This document shows positions 17,694 to 29,000 of a stretch of DNA of 64,000 nucleotides, piece after piece. Origin of the DNA: Candidatus Avedoeria danica. Lineage in GTDB: Bacteria > Chloroflexota > Anaerolineae > Epilineales > Epilineaceae. A program made the translations under genes and the position numbers. The DNA is taken from contig JADJCV010000003.1 in the NCBI GenBank assembly GCA_016703025.1, positions 175,635 through 239,634 of the forward strand, read 5' to 3'. Under the pieces are notes generated by a model that was given only the letters and a program-made list of their open reading frames with translations, searched no databases and had not been told where the DNA came from. How positions within the stretch are numbered: the stretch's first letter is position 1; each line of letters opens with the position of its first letter.

Positions 17694-20600
17694 ATGCGAC
17701 CCCCCATGCGAGTCCGGATGATCACCGCCGCCGTCGTTGCCGCGGTCTGGACGCTGGCCGCCGGCCAAGGCGCCGACGCCGCGCCGCTGGCCCCGCCCGC
17801 GCCCGCTCACTACGCCGGCACCGTGTCGTACTACGGCGCACCCGCGCCGTTCGGCATGATCGTCAGCGCGCATGTCGGCGCCGTCCAGATCGCGATGGCG
17901 CCGGTGGTCTCGGGCGAGGGCGGCACGCACGTCTTCAGCATCAACGTCCCGGGCGACGACCCGGCGACGGGCGCCATCGAAGGCCCGGCGGAGGGTGAGC
18001 GCGTCCGCTTCCGGGTGCACGGCGTCCCAGCGGACAACATCGAGTTCTTCAATGCCGGAGAAGACCTGACGCTCAACCTCGAGGTCACGAAGATCGAGAT
18101 CTGCATCGGCGCGTACGAGGATCTTGACCGCGACAAGGCGTTCGACCCGGCCGAGCCGTGGCTGGAGGGCGCCAACCTGAACGTCGTTCAGTTCTTCGTT
18201 GTCCGGAGCTACCTGACGTTCGGGAACGAGGAGCCGAGCTGTGCGATGCACGACGCGGTCGACACGCTCATCCGTGTCGTCGCGCCACCCGCCAACTACG
18301 ACAGCGCGAGCCCGCTCGACGCGATCCAACGGGTCACGCAGCACCAGGGCGTCTTCAACACGTGGTTCCCGCTCGTGCCGACCGGTGCGACACCCACCGG
18401 CACCCTTCAGCCGACGACGACGCCCGCTACGCCGACGAGCACGCCGGCCGTCTTCCCGGGCCCGACCGGCGGCACCCCGCTCGCCTCGAACACCCCGACG
18501 GTCACGCCGTCGCCCACGAACACCCGCACCCCCACCCGCACCGCCACGACCGGCCCGTCGCCGACCCAGCCGGCGACGAGCATCCCGATGCCGACCGAGA
18601 CGCTGCCGCCGCCGTCCGCGACGCCGACGGCCACCGCCACCCAGGACCTCAAGAGCACGCTGAGCGTGAACACGACCGCCGATCCGGACACGGTGGGCAA
18701 CGCGACGCTCAGCCTGCGCGAGGCGATCCGCCTTGCGACGGGCGATCTGGCGTTGGCCGCCCTCTCCGCCGCCGAACGCGCCCGGATCAGCGGCGCGCCC
18801 GGCCCGCTGTCGGCCGACACGATCCGCTTCGCGCCGGCCGTCTTCCCGCCGGACGCCCCGGCGACGATCAACGTCCAGCCGCCGGCCGGCGTGAATCCGA
18901 ACTCGGGCGACGACCCGAACGCGCTGCCGGCGCCCAAGCCATCGCTTCCGCCGCTGTCGACCGGCAACGACACGATCGACGGCACGGGCGCCGGCGTCGT
19001 CGTCTCGGCCGGCATCAGCCCCGAGATCCCGATGATGTTCGACGGGTTGACCATCACCTCGAGCGACAACGTGATCAAGGCGATCGAGCTTCGCAACTTC
19101 GAGAGCGCGATCGTCGTGCGCGGCGTGGCCGAGCACAACCACATCGGCGGCCGGACGGCCGGCGACGGCAACATCGTCGTGAACAACATCAACGGCATCG
19201 TGCTGCGCGGCGGGGAGGTGGCCACGACCGAGGTTCTCGGCAACAAGGTGGGCGTCGACCGCGCCGGGCAGGCGGCCGGCAACGCCGGCTACGGCATCCT
19301 CGTCACCGAGGGCGCCCATCAGAGCATCGTCGGCGCTTCCAACGCGCCGAACGTCGTCAGCGGCAACACGAACGGCATCGGCGTGACGGGCGACGGGACG
19401 ACGGACAACGCGGTCTCGTCGAACCGGGTCGGGACGAACGCGGCCGGGACGGCGGCGCTGCCGAACGGCACCGGCGTCGTCGTGGCGGATGGCGCACAGG
19501 GCACGATCGTCGGCGGCGTCTCGGGGGCCGACGGCAACACGATCAGCGGCAACACCGGCGACGGCGTCTGGCTCAAGGACGAGTTGACGCAGTTCACGAG
19601 CGTCCAGAGCAACCTGATCGGCGTCGCCGCCGACGGCGTGACACCGCTGCCCAACGGCGGGGCCGGGGCGCTCGTGACGGATGGCGCCGACCAGAACTTC
19701 CTCTCGTTCGGCAACATCATCGCCTTCAACAAGGACCGCGGCATCAAGGTCGTCGGCGCACGGGCGCTGCGCAACACGATCCGCCGCAACAGCATGTTCG
19801 ACAACGCCGGCGGGGCGATCGTGCTTCTGGACGGCGCCAACAAGGACCTGCCGGCCCCCATCCTGACGGACACCGGGATGTTCATCGCCGAGGGGACGGC
19901 CGTGGCGAACAGCTTGGTCGATCTCTACTCGGACGGCGGCAGCCAGGGCCGGATCTGGGAGTTCACGGTCCGAGCTGGTGCGGACGGCCGCTTCCGCGTG
20001 GCGCGGCTGTTCCAGGGACCGAACATCACGGCTACGGCCACGGACGCCGAGGGCAACACGAGCCCGTTCGGCCATGACATCGACCTCGACCCGACCCCCG
20101 GACCGTCGCCGACCGGCGGGCCGACGGCCGTCCCGACGCTCGAAAACGTCGTCGGCCGGATCTTCCTGCCGTATCTGAATCAGAAAGCGGCGGTGTTCGA
20201 GGTGCTGACGATCGAGCCGCCCTACAGCGCGATCCCGATGGGCGGCCTCGTCGACCTCGCCGTCGTGGCGCACGATCTCGTCGATGTATACGGCATGCAG
20301 ATCGTCTTCGACTTCGACCCCGACGTTCTCCAGATCGTCGATGCGAACCCGGACGTGCCGGGCGTTCAGATCGCACAGGGCGATCTGCCCGAAGCGGATC
20401 GTGCCTTCTTCGCCGAGAACCGCGTCGACGTCGCCAACGGCCAGATCTTCTTCACCTGGACGCTGCTGAAAGGGGCGCCGCTGCAAGGCTCCGGCATCGT
20501 GGCCCGCATCCGGGTCCGGGGCCGGGGTCCGGGCCGATCGCCGCTGACCGTCAGCGAGCTCATGGTGAGCGATCCGACGGCCCGCCCGATCCACCTGCGC

Positions 20601-21878
20601 CGGCGCGGCGCCATCGTCGACGTCGCCCCGCCGCCGAACGCCACGACCGCCCCGCCGCCGACCGCGACGCCGATCCCGCCAACGGCGCCGCCCACCGCCG
20701 TCCCACCGACGGCGCCCCCGACCGCCACCGCCACCGTCGCCCCGCCGACACCGACGCCGACGCGCACCGCCACGCCTCCGCCGCCGACCGCGACGCCGAG
20801 CGTGACGCCGAGCCCCACGTCGACGACGCCGCCGTCGCCGACGCCGACGACCGGGCCGACGAACACCGCGACGGCCAGCCCGACGGCCTCGCTGACGCCG
20901 ACGGCCACGCTGAGCCCGACGGCCACGCTGACACCGACGGCCACGCTGAGCCCGACGGTCACGCCGACGCCGACGGACACCGCGACGCCGACGGAGACGC
21001 TCACGCCGAGCGCGACGCCGACCGCCTCCGACACGCCGACGCCCACGGACACGCCGACCGTGACGCCGACGCCGACGGACACGCCGACGCCGACGGACAC
21101 GCCGACGCCGACGGAGACCGCGACGCCGACCGAAACGCTCACGCCGAGCGCGACGCCGACGGCCACCGATACCCCGACGCCGACGGATACACCGACGGAC
21201 ACGCCGACGCCGACGGAGACGCTCACCCCGACGATTACGCCGACGCCGACGGAGACGCCGGTGCCGAGCGACACGCCGACACCGACGCGGACGACCGCGC
21301 CGACGCCGACGTTCACGCCGCTCCCGACGGCCACGCCCGTGCCGACGCGCACGCCGCTGCCGGCGCCGACGCCGGATGGTTGCGCCCGACCGCTCGTGAA
21401 CGCCGGCTTCGAGAGCGACGCGTCGTGGACGCTCGGCGGCGCCCGCCCGCCGCGCTACACGGACGCGATGGGCCACGCCGGCCGGCGCAGCCTCGTGCTC
21501 GGCGTCCTGCCCGACGAGCCGAACCGCCTGTCGTACTCGTCCGCGTGGCAGCCCGTCCTCGTGCCGCCGGATGCGCGCACGCTGATCGTGGGCGGGTGGA
21601 CGTTCGAGGAGGCGCAGGCCGGCGGCGGCCCCGATCGCCAGCTCATGCTGCTCTACGACATCGACCCGGCGCTGAACGGCAGCGGCCAGCGCGGCCCGAT
21701 CGCCACGGTGTTCAACGTCCGCTCCGACGCCAAGCAATGGCAGCGCCGAACGCTGACCTTCGACGTCACGCTGCGGCGCAACCAGCGGCTCTGGCTGTAC
21801 AGCACCGTCGTAAACGACGGTACGGGCGGGCGGGCCTGGATGTTCATGGACGATATCGAGATGGCGTTCTGCCGCTGA
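17694..21878 (+). CDS. Large secreted protein: parallel beta-helix repeats, cohesin-like domain, long Thr/Pro linker, C-terminal domain
   Basis: AGGAGG lies 6 nt upstream of the ATG at 17694 (the track's start is 17676). The signal peptide is [29 protein letters not shown]. Beta-helix repeats are present ([15 protein letters not shown]..., [12 protein letters not shown]..., [14 protein letters not shown]...). The cohesin-like segment is [32 protein letters not shown]...[10 protein letters not shown]. Confidence 0.85.
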   Translation: MRPPMRVRMITAAVVAAVWTLAAGQGADAAPLAPPAPAHYAGTVSYYGAPAPFGMIVSAHVGAVQIAMAPVVSGEGGTHVFSINVPGDDPATGAIEGPAEGERVRFRVHGVPADNIEFFNAGEDLTLNLEVTKIEICIGAYEDLDRDKAFDPAEPWLEGANLNVVQFFVVRSYLTFGNEEPSCAMHDAVDTLIRVVAPPANYDSASPLDAIQRVTQHQGVFNTWFPLVPTGATPTGTLQPTTTPATPTSTPAVFPGPTGGTPLASNTPTVTPSPTNTRTPTRTATTGPSPTQPATSIPMPTETLPPPSATPTATATQDLKSTLSVNTTADPDTVGNATLSLREAIRLATGDLALAALSAAERARISGAPGPLSADTIRFAPAVFPPDAPATINVQPPAGVNPNSGDDPNALPAPKPSLPPLSTGNDTIDGTGAGVVVSAGISPEIPMMFDGLTITSSDNVIKAIELRNFESAIVVRGVAEHNHIGGRTAGDGNIVVNNINGIVLRGGEVATTEVLGNKVGVDRAGQAAGNAGYGILVTEGAHQSIVGASNAPNVVSGNTNGIGVTGDGTTDNAVSSNRVGTNAAGTAALPNGTGVVVADGAQGTIVGGVSGADGNTISGNTGDGVWLKDELTQFTSVQSNLIGVAADGVTPLPNGGAGALVTDGADQNFLSFGNIIAFNKDRGIKVVGARALRNTIRRNSMFDNAGGAIVLLDGANKDLPAPILTDTGMFIAEGTAVANSLVDLYSDGGSQGRIWEFTVRAGADGRFRVARLFQGPNITATATDAEGNTSPFGHDIDLDPTPGPSPTGGPTAVPTLENVVGRIFLPYLNQKAAVFEVLTIEPPYSAIPMGGLVDLAVVAHDLVDVYGMQIVFDFDPDVLQIVDANPDVPGVQIAQGDLPEADRAFFAENRVDVANGQIFFTWTLLKGAPLQGSGIVARIRVRGRGPGRSPLTVSELMVSDPTARPIHLRRRGAIVDVAPPPNATTAPPPTATPIPPTAPPTAVPPTAPPTATATVAPPTPTPTRTATPPPPTATPSVTPSPTSTTPPSPTPTTGPTNTATASPTASLTPTATLSPTATLTPTATLSPTVTPTPTDTATPTETLTPSATPTASDTPTPTDTPTVTPTPTDTPTPTDTPTPTETATPTETLTPSATPTATDTPTPTDTPTDTPTPTETLTPTITPTPTETPVPSDTPTPTRTTAPTPTFTPLPTATPVPTRTPLPAPTPDGCARPLVNAGFESDASWTLGGARPPRYTDAMGHAGRRSLVLGVLPDEPNRLSYSSAWQPVLVPPDARTLIVGGWTFEEAQAGGGPDRQLMLLYDIDPALNGSGQRGPIATVFNVRSDAKQWQRRTLTFDVTLRRNQRLWLYSTVVNDGTGGRAWMFMDDIEMAFCR
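20626..21372 (+). repeat. Low-complexity coding repeat (Thr/Pro linker, [12 protein letters not shown]-type)
   Basis: About 250 codons dominated by ACG/CCG/GAC/GAG units. Many short imperfect tandem copies are present. Confidence 0.8.
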
Positions 21879-21932
21879 GCACTCTCGCTACGCGATGCAT
21901 ACCTTCGTCCGCATCGTCCGACCCGTGATCCT

Positions 21933-21960
21933 CCCCCTCCCCCGGACTTGGGGGAGGGGG
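21933..21960 (+). terminator. GC hairpin after the 17694..21878 gene (11-bp stem CCCCCTCCCCC/GGGGGAGGGGG, 6-nt loop)
   Basis: Perfect stem located 55 nt after the stop. There is no U tract. Confidence 0.5.
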
Positions 21961-22040
21961 TCGGGGGGTGAGGGCCGTGGGCCGAGCGGCAGCGCGCCAC
22001 CCGTACCCCCGCACCTACGCCGCCCGTTCTTATGAAGTGA

Positions 22041-25000
22041 GTGATGTCCGAACGCCGCCTCGTCCGCCGCGAACGCATACCTCGACCCCGCCGGGCTTGG
22101 CCAAGCGGCGCCGGGGCGTTGCTTGGCGCCGGATCGTCGTCGCGTGCAGGCCGAGCGCTGACGGCGGCGGCGGTCGTCCTCGTCGGCGCGCTCAGCCCGC
22201 TCGTCGATCTGCCGCACGCCGCGCCCGTGCGCGCTGCGACGGTCCGCGTCGTGGACGACGATGCGGGCTGCGGCGGCTTGGCGCCGTGCTACGGCACCGT
22301 CCAGGCGGCGGTGGATGCGGCGCAGAGCGGGGACACCGTTCGCGTGAGGCCGGGCCGCTACATGGAAGCCGTCCTTGTCGTCGACAAGGCGCTGTCGTTC
22401 GAGGGCCCCGGCGTCGGCCCGTCCCCGGGAACGCCTGACCCGGCACGGCATGCGATCTGGGGCACGTCGAGCGGCGCGCTGACGGTGGACGCGTTCAGTG
22501 GCGACATCACGGCGACCGCCGTGAGCGGCTTCGTCTTCGCCGGCGTCCCCGGCGCGCGCGGTATCGCGTTGCTCGGACGGCGGGCAGGCGAGCCGGGGCC
22601 GGCCGGTCGACCTGTCGGCGCGGTCGACACCCGGATCACCGCGGCCGAGGTGCGGGACTCCTCGTTCGAACACGAACCGCCGGCCGCCGCCCGGCTGGCG
22701 GGGGCGAACGACGCGCCGGACGCGCGCGACCCGGCGGCGCTCGTCGCGGCGCGGGTCGGACGGCTCCAGGTGGACGACGTTCGGATGGCGGGCGCTTCGG
22801 ACGCGGCCGGACTCGTGCTCGTCGACGTCGACCAAGCCACCGTCCGGCGTTCGACGATCCGCGACTATGCGGCGGGCGTGCGCATCTTCGAGTCGCTGCC
22901 CCCGGTCGGGCGGGCCACGCTCGTCCTCGGCGGCGCGGCCGCCGACGGGAACCGTCTCGGCGGCAACCACGGGCCGGCGATCGAGCTGATCAACACGGCC
23001 GGCTCGGGCACGACGAGCGACGTCCTCGCCGGCGACAACGATTGGGGGGTCTCGACGGCCCCCGAGATCGAGGGCTCGATCGTCGACGGCCGTGATGCCG
23101 CCGGGCTCGGGCGCGTGCGGTGGCAGCCGCCGCACGGCGTCCCGGCCGCGGTCACGCTGGCGCCGACGCCGCCCCAGATCGAGGCGGACGGCCAGGCGCG
23201 CGCCGCGCTCGTCGCCGCCGTCGCCGACGCCGTCGGGCGGCCGGTGGCGGACGGCGCGCTCGTCAGCTTTGCGCTCGTCGGACCGGGCACGCTGCAGGGC
23301 GGCGGCGGGACGGCCGAAGCCGAAGGCGGCGCCGTGCGGCGCACGGGCGAGTGGGGCGTCTTCAGCGCGACGACGTACGGGCCGAACAGCGGTGGGAGCT
23401 ACGTTCGGAGCGAGCGACCGGGCGATGCGCTGGCGTGGGCGTTCGACGCCCCGGCGGCGCTCTTGCGCCTCGGCCATGGCTCGGGCGCCGACGCCGCCGT
23501 TTCCGTCGCGGTCGACGATCGGCCGGCCGTCGTCCTGTCCGCCCGCGGCGAGGCGGACACGTGGGTCGACCACGTGATCGCCCGCGATCTCGGTCCCGGA
23601 CCGCACGTCCTCACGGCGACGGTGCTGACCGGGCGGATCGCTCTCGACGCGCTGGCCGCCGGGCCGACGACGCGCGGCGGCACCGCCACGGCGCACGTCG
23701 TGGCGCCCGCCGCCGTGGGCGAGGCGACGGTGACGGCGGTGGCGTGGGGGGCCGCGGGGGCGAAGAGCGCCAGCGCGACGATTCGGTATGTGGCCGGGTT
23801 GCCGTCCGCGATGCGGCTGTCGTTCGGCGCGCCGCGGCTGGCGGTCGGCGGCCGGACGACGTCGGTCACGGCGGCCGTCGAGGACGGGCTTGGACGGCCG
23901 GCGCCGGACGGCACGGTCGTGACGTTCGCCGCTTCGGGGGTGACGCTGGCGACCTTGACCGAGATGACGCGCGACGGCCGCGCGACCGTTGGGTTGACGA
24001 GCGGCGACGCCGTCGGCACGGCCGTCGTGACGGCCACCGCCGGGGCCGGGCTGGTGGCCACGGGCACGCTCGATATCGTCGCCGGCCCGCCGGCGGCCGT
24101 CGAGATCGTCCCGTCCCGCCCTTCGATGACCGCGAACAGCCGCGACGAAGCCTTGATCGTCGTACGGGTGCGGGATGCGTTCGGCAACCCGGTCCAGGAC
24201 GGGACCGGCGTGACCGGCGCAACGGACCTCGGGACGTTGACGATGCACCGAGCGGTGTCGGCCGGCGGGATCGTGACCGGTGTGCTGCGGGCGGGCGCGG
24301 CGGCGGGCACGGCGACGGTGCGCGCGACGGCCTCCGATGCCGGCGGCCGGGCCGAGGGCACGGCGGCCGTGGCGTTCGTGGCGCCGGACGTGTCGATCAG
24401 CAAGATCGTGGAGCCGGAGTCGGTCGTCGTCCCGGGCGAGCGCATCACGTATACGGTGCGCTACCGCAACAATGGCCCGGGCACGGTGTATGGCCTGCGG
24501 ATCGAGGAACCGTTCCCGCAAGGGCTGCTCGGGGCGCGGATCGAGACGTTCGGGCCACCGCTCGAAGCGGACCCGGCGGCCGAGTACGCCTTCAGTGCGC
24601 CGCGGCTGACGGCCGGGCAGGGCGGGTCGATCGTCATCAGCGCCCGCGTCGACACGAGCCTGCGCTGGGGCAGCCGGTTCACGATGACGAACCAGGTGCG
24701 CGCGTTCGCGCCGGGCACCGCCGAGCGGACACCCGCCGACAACGTTGCTGCGGCGACGATCGTCATCGCGCCCGAGAGCGTGTACACGTTGACGCTCACG
24801 GCCCCGGAAACGCTCGCCGTCGGCGGCGCGAGCGGCGAGCTCGTCATCCGGGCGTTCGACAAGTTCGGCCGGCCGGCGCAGGACGGCACGCCGGTGTCGC
24901 TGTCCGCGGAGTTCGGGATGGGCACGGTCACGCCCGAGCTCGTCACGACGGAACACGGCGTGGCGCGGGCGACGTTCGTCTCCGACCGGCGCGCCGGGCT

Positions 25001-25685
25001 GGCGCGCGTGCGCGCGCTGACGCTCGAGGGCCGCGGCGCGATCGCCCGCATCCAGATCATGCCCGGCCCGCCGACGCTCCTCGACCTCGTGGCCGGCGCT
25101 GCGGCGGCGGAGGTCGGCGGCGCCACGGTGCCCGTCACGGTGACGCTGCGCGACCAGTACGGCAACCGCGCCGGCGGGGAAGAGGTGCGCTTCGAAAGCG
25201 ACCTCGGCGTGATGACGCCCGCCCGCCGCTTCGCCGCGCCGTCGGGCGTCGCCACGAGCACGCTGACGACGGGCACGCGGACCGGGCTGGCGACGATCGT
25301 GGCGCGCGGTGCGGCGCGGCAGGCCAGGGTGACGCTCGATATCCGCCCCGGCCCGCCGGTCACGCTCGACCTCCTCCTCGCGGCCGCGTCGGCGCCGCCC
25401 GGTGCGCGCGTGCACGGCTGGGCGACGGTCCGCGACCGCTTCGCCAACCCGGTGCCCGGGGTCGTCGTGCGGTTCACGACGGACATCGGGCGGCTGAACC
25501 GCGCCGAGGGGGCGACGGACGATGGCGGGCGGGCGGACATCGAGATCGCAACCACGGTCGGCGACCGGGGCAGCGGCCACGTGCGGGCGAGCGTCCGCAA
25601 CGGGGTGTCGCTCGACGCGTCGGCGGCACTGGCGGTGGATGCGGCGCGCGTGTACCTGCCGATCGGATTCCGCACGCGGCGCTGA
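22041..25685 (+). CDS. Large secreted/surface protein: N-terminal beta-helix-like region, multiple Big_1 (invasin/intimin-type Ig) domains, one DUF11 domain
   Basis: Big_1-type repeats occur at least 6 times (ADGQARAALVAAVADAVGRPVADGALVSF, RDEALIVVRVRDAFGNPVQDGTGVT, GELVIRAFDKFGRPAQDGTPVSL, and others). The DUF11 segment is VSISKIVEPESVVVPGERITYTVRYRNNGPGTVYGLRIEEPFPQGL. The protein ends in ARVYLPIGFRTRR. Confidence 0.85.
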   Translation: MMSERRLVRRERIPRPRRAWPSGAGALLGAGSSSRAGRALTAAAVVLVGALSPLVDLPHAAPVRAATVRVVDDDAGCGGLAPCYGTVQAAVDAAQSGDTVRVRPGRYMEAVLVVDKALSFEGPGVGPSPGTPDPARHAIWGTSSGALTVDAFSGDITATAVSGFVFAGVPGARGIALLGRRAGEPGPAGRPVGAVDTRITAAEVRDSSFEHEPPAAARLAGANDAPDARDPAALVAARVGRLQVDDVRMAGASDAAGLVLVDVDQATVRRSTIRDYAAGVRIFESLPPVGRATLVLGGAAADGNRLGGNHGPAIELINTAGSGTTSDVLAGDNDWGVSTAPEIEGSIVDGRDAAGLGRVRWQPPHGVPAAVTLAPTPPQIEADGQARAALVAAVADAVGRPVADGALVSFALVGPGTLQGGGGTAEAEGGAVRRTGEWGVFSATTYGPNSGGSYVRSERPGDALAWAFDAPAALLRLGHGSGADAAVSVAVDDRPAVVLSARGEADTWVDHVIARDLGPGPHVLTATVLTGRIALDALAAGPTTRGGTATAHVVAPAAVGEATVTAVAWGAAGAKSASATIRYVAGLPSAMRLSFGAPRLAVGGRTTSVTAAVEDGLGRPAPDGTVVTFAASGVTLATLTEMTRDGRATVGLTSGDAVGTAVVTATAGAGLVATGTLDIVAGPPAAVEIVPSRPSMTANSRDEALIVVRVRDAFGNPVQDGTGVTGATDLGTLTMHRAVSAGGIVTGVLRAGAAAGTATVRATASDAGGRAEGTAAVAFVAPDVSISKIVEPESVVVPGERITYTVRYRNNGPGTVYGLRIEEPFPQGLLGARIETFGPPLEADPAAEYAFSAPRLTAGQGGSIVISARVDTSLRWGSRFTMTNQVRAFAPGTAERTPADNVAAATIVIAPESVYTLTLTAPETLAVGGASGELVIRAFDKFGRPAQDGTPVSLSAEFGMGTVTPELVTTEHGVARATFVSDRRAGLARVRALTLEGRGAIARIQIMPGPPTLLDLVAGAAAAEVGGATVPVTVTLRDQYGNRAGGEEVRFESDLGVMTPARRFAAPSGVATSTLTTGTRTGLATIVARGAARQARVTLDIRPGPPVTLDLLLAAASAPPGARVHGWATVRDRFANPVPGVVVRFTTDIGRLNRAEGATDDGGRADIEIATTVGDRGSGHVRASVRNGVSLDASAALAVDAARVYLPIGFRTRR

Positions 25686-25844
25686 CGCCTTCGCGCGGGC
25701 TGGGGCATCGGGCTCGTCGCGCGCCGGCTCTCTCCACGAACCTCTCGGCCTGTCCGGACCGCGCGAATGCGTCGGGACGTCGCCGGCCGAACCCCGGCGC
25801 TGCTGCGTATGCGAATTCTCCAGCAGCATCCATGACGAAGTAGC

Positions 25845-25900
25845 CAAACTCGACACCCCCGGCAGTATCTCTGCAGCTCACCTGGCGTTAACCTGCACAG
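25845..25900 (+). promoter_or_regulatory. Conserved three-box upstream module, copy 1 (CCAAAC-N14-GTATCT-N15-CGTTAACCTGCACA)
   Basis: The same boxes at identical spacing occur upstream of paralogs B and C. Ends about 120 nt before the ATG at 26020. Confidence 0.45.
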
Positions 25901-26019
25901 TCGCAAAGGGCCGAACCGTCGTGGCCGTCCCTGCGTGACCCCTGCGCCGCAGTCCTTTCTGCACGCCGCAGGCGTCTGTGCTCACCGTAAGCGTCGAAAT
26001 CAAGAGAGGGTTGCGACGG

Positions 26020-29000
26020 ATGTTGAAACACTGGAATGCGCGAATCATCATGGCGTTGGCGGCGCTCGGCCTCGTGGCCGTGGCCAACGGCTCAGTGGTC
26101 CATGGCAAGCCGGCCGAGATGCCTTCACAGGAAGTCACCGGCGGGCGGTTGGGGTTCATCCCCAACGGTGGGCAGTGGGACGAGGCTGTCCAGTTCCACA
26201 CCGAGAGTGGCGGTGTGGACGTCTGGCTGCAGCGGGACGGCTACACCTATGCCGTCGCGAACGACCACACCGGTGAGGCCCCGATCCTCACGGGCAATGA
26301 GCCCGACGTGGTTGACCCGCAGGGCGTCTACAGCGCCGACGTCCACGCGGTGCGCGTGACGTTCGAGGGCGCATCCGAGGCCACGGCGCTCCTGCCCACC
26401 GGCCAGCAGGCGGGCAAGCACAACTGGCTCGTCGGTCCGGAAGAGGACTGGGTCACGGACCTGAACGCCTACGGTGGCGTGAGCTACCGTGACGTCTGGC
26501 CGGGCATCGAGGCCTCGGTCCGCACCGGCGGCGGCCCGATGGCCGTTGGTCAGCAGGCGCCCGGTGGCCAGTCGGTCGTGAAGTGGAGCTACCACCTCGC
26601 GCCGAACGCCGACCCGTCGCAGATCCAGCTTCGCTTCGAGGGCGCGGACAGCGTCGCGATCGAGAACGGGTTGCTGAAGATCGGTACCCAGCTCGGTGAC
26701 TTCACCGAGACCGGGCTGATCGCGTTCCAGGACGTCGCGGGCGAGCGCCGCGCGGTGAGCGCGGAGTTCACGCTGGTCGGCGACACCGTCGGCTTCGCGG
26801 TCGGCGCCTACAACCCGGCGCTGCCGCTCGTCATCGACCCGGTCGTCCTCTTCTCGCGCCGCTTCGGCGGCAGCTCGACCGACCTGTCGTCCGGCATTTC
26901 GCGCGACGGGGCCGGCAACCTCTACACCTCCGGCTGGACGGCGTCGACGAACTACCCGACGCAGAGCGGCTTCCAGAACGCGGCCAACGTTACCTATGAC
27001 TGCTTCGTCACGAAGACGAACGCCGACAACTCGGCGCTCACGTACTCGACGTACATCGGCAGCAACAGCACGGACGCGGACTGCCGCAGCGTGCTCAACC
27101 CGAACAACGAAGTGATCCTCTCGGCGATCACGTTCAGCACGCTCTGGGTCGGCGCGCCGTTCCTCATCGGCACGCCCGGCGGGACGCCCGATGTCGGCAT
27201 GGTCATCCTGAACGCGGCCGGCAACGGCCTCGTCGCCTCGGCCCGCGTCGGCGCGACCAGCAGCGACTACGCGCACGGTCTCGCCCGCATGCCCAACGGC
27301 AACATCGTCGTCACCGGCCAGACGTTCTCGACGACCGGCTGGCCGGCGCTCGGCGGCTTCCGCCCGGCCCTCATCGGCTCGCCGGACGGCTTCGCGATCG
27401 TCCTGAACAGCGGCATCTCCGCTGCGACGGCGTTCTCGTACTTCGGCGGCAACAGCTCGGACTACGGCGGCGGCGTCGCGGTCGACGCCAGCAACAACAT
27501 CTACGCGATGTACGGCACGCTTTCGACGGATCCGACGCTCATCGGTGGCGGCGGCGGCAACTACGACGTCGGCGTGGCCAAGTTCAACTCCACGTTGACG
27601 GCGCAGACCTACAACTCGCGCTTCGGCGGTAACTCGACCGAGCCGTTCAGCCCGTGCGACACGTGTGCGCCGGGCACGCTCTACCAGACGGACAATAGCC
27701 TGATCGCCGTCGACGCCGCGGGCCGCGTGTACGTCACCGGCGCGACGGCATCGACGGACTACCCGACGACGGCCGGCTCGTTCCAGCCGGCGGCCTCGGC
27801 GGTGTACGACGGCTTCGTGACGATCGTCAACGCCGCGGGTAACGGGCTTGCGGCGTCGTCGTACCTCGGCGGCAACAGCACGGACACCGGCAAAGCGATT
27901 GGGATCGACGGCGGCGGCCGGGTCTACGTGGCCGGCCACACCGCCGCCACCAACTTCCCGACGACGCCGGGCGAGGTCCAGGGGACGAACGCCGGCAACT
28001 ACGATTACTTCCGGACGATCTTCCTGCCTGACCTCAGCGACATCGTTTGCAGCACCTACTGGGGCGGCAACAGCACGGACCATGTCGCGGACATGGAGAT
28101 CGTCGGCAACTACAAGACGATCCTGAGCGGCACGACCGCCAGCGCGAACTTCCCGCAGATCCCGAGCGGCTCGACCGTCTTCGGCGGCGGAGGCGGTTAC
28201 GACATCGGCAACGCCTACCTGAACTGCGGCGGCGCCAACCTCGTCATCACGAACTCGGCGCTGACGAACCGCGGCTCGGTCCGCACGTCCGTCAGCCCGA
28301 TCGCGTTCCCGGACGGCAACGGCGCCGAGCCGATGGCGGTCCAGCCGCCGGCGGCCGAGGCCGACGCGGCGGCGCCGGTGGCGGCGGACGGGGCCGTCCT
28401 GCCGTACGCGGTGCAGCAGCTGCCGGAGAACGAGGAGTGCCTCGCGCCCGGCAACTTCGTCCAGATCACGATCGAGATCACGAACACCGGCCTCTCGGAT
28501 CAGCTGGGCGCCGGGCCGGAGTACGTCGCATCCTGGGACGGCGGCCTGCTGGCCGGCCAGCCCGGCTCGTGCGCGTTCTTCGTCGGCGCCGGCAACTGCC
28601 AGGTCAGCGCCAGCAGCGTCAGCGTCGACGCCGACATCCCGTCGGGCGGCGTGATCCAGTTCGCCTGGATGGTCCGCATCGCCGGCGGCCTGGCTGCCGG
28701 GACGGTCATCCCGGTCAACCAGACGCTGTTCTACGACACGGACGATGACGGGATCAACGAGAGCTTCCCGCAGGACGCGCTGGGCTTCACGCTCAACTGC
28801 TTCCCGACGGTCTGGCCGAACAACCAGCTCGGCAAGCAGGTCCACCTCCCGATCCTGAACTTCCAGGGCCAGGACGACGTCTGCGAGAGCTGGATCGAGG
28901 TTCAGAACATCGGTTGCCGGATCGCCAAGGCGGCCCTGGTCACGTGGGGCGAGCCGGGCTTCTGCCCGCCGCAGGCCGCCGGCCCGCTGAAGGTGGAGTG

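Noticed and set aside
25644-25685. Sortase (LPXTG-type) or exosortase-type sorting signal for the YLPxxxR C-terminal tags
   Set aside because: There is no Thr-Gly after LPx, and no hydrophobic helix or charged tail architecture. No sortase, exosortase or rhombosortase gene occurs in the window.
25911-25939. ECF-type motif CCGAAC-N17-CGTGAC upstream of paralog A as evidence that the paralogs belong to the ECF regulon
   Set aside because: The homologous position upstream of the nearly identical paralog B reads CCGTTC, and paralog C has no equivalent. A chance occurrence of a GC-rich hexamer is plausible. It is mentioned only as a weak hit.
28690-28753. Variable region of a diversity-generating retroelement (DGR)
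   Set aside because: No reverse transcriptase or template repeat occurs in the window. The A/B differences involve all base types rather than adenine-specific changes.
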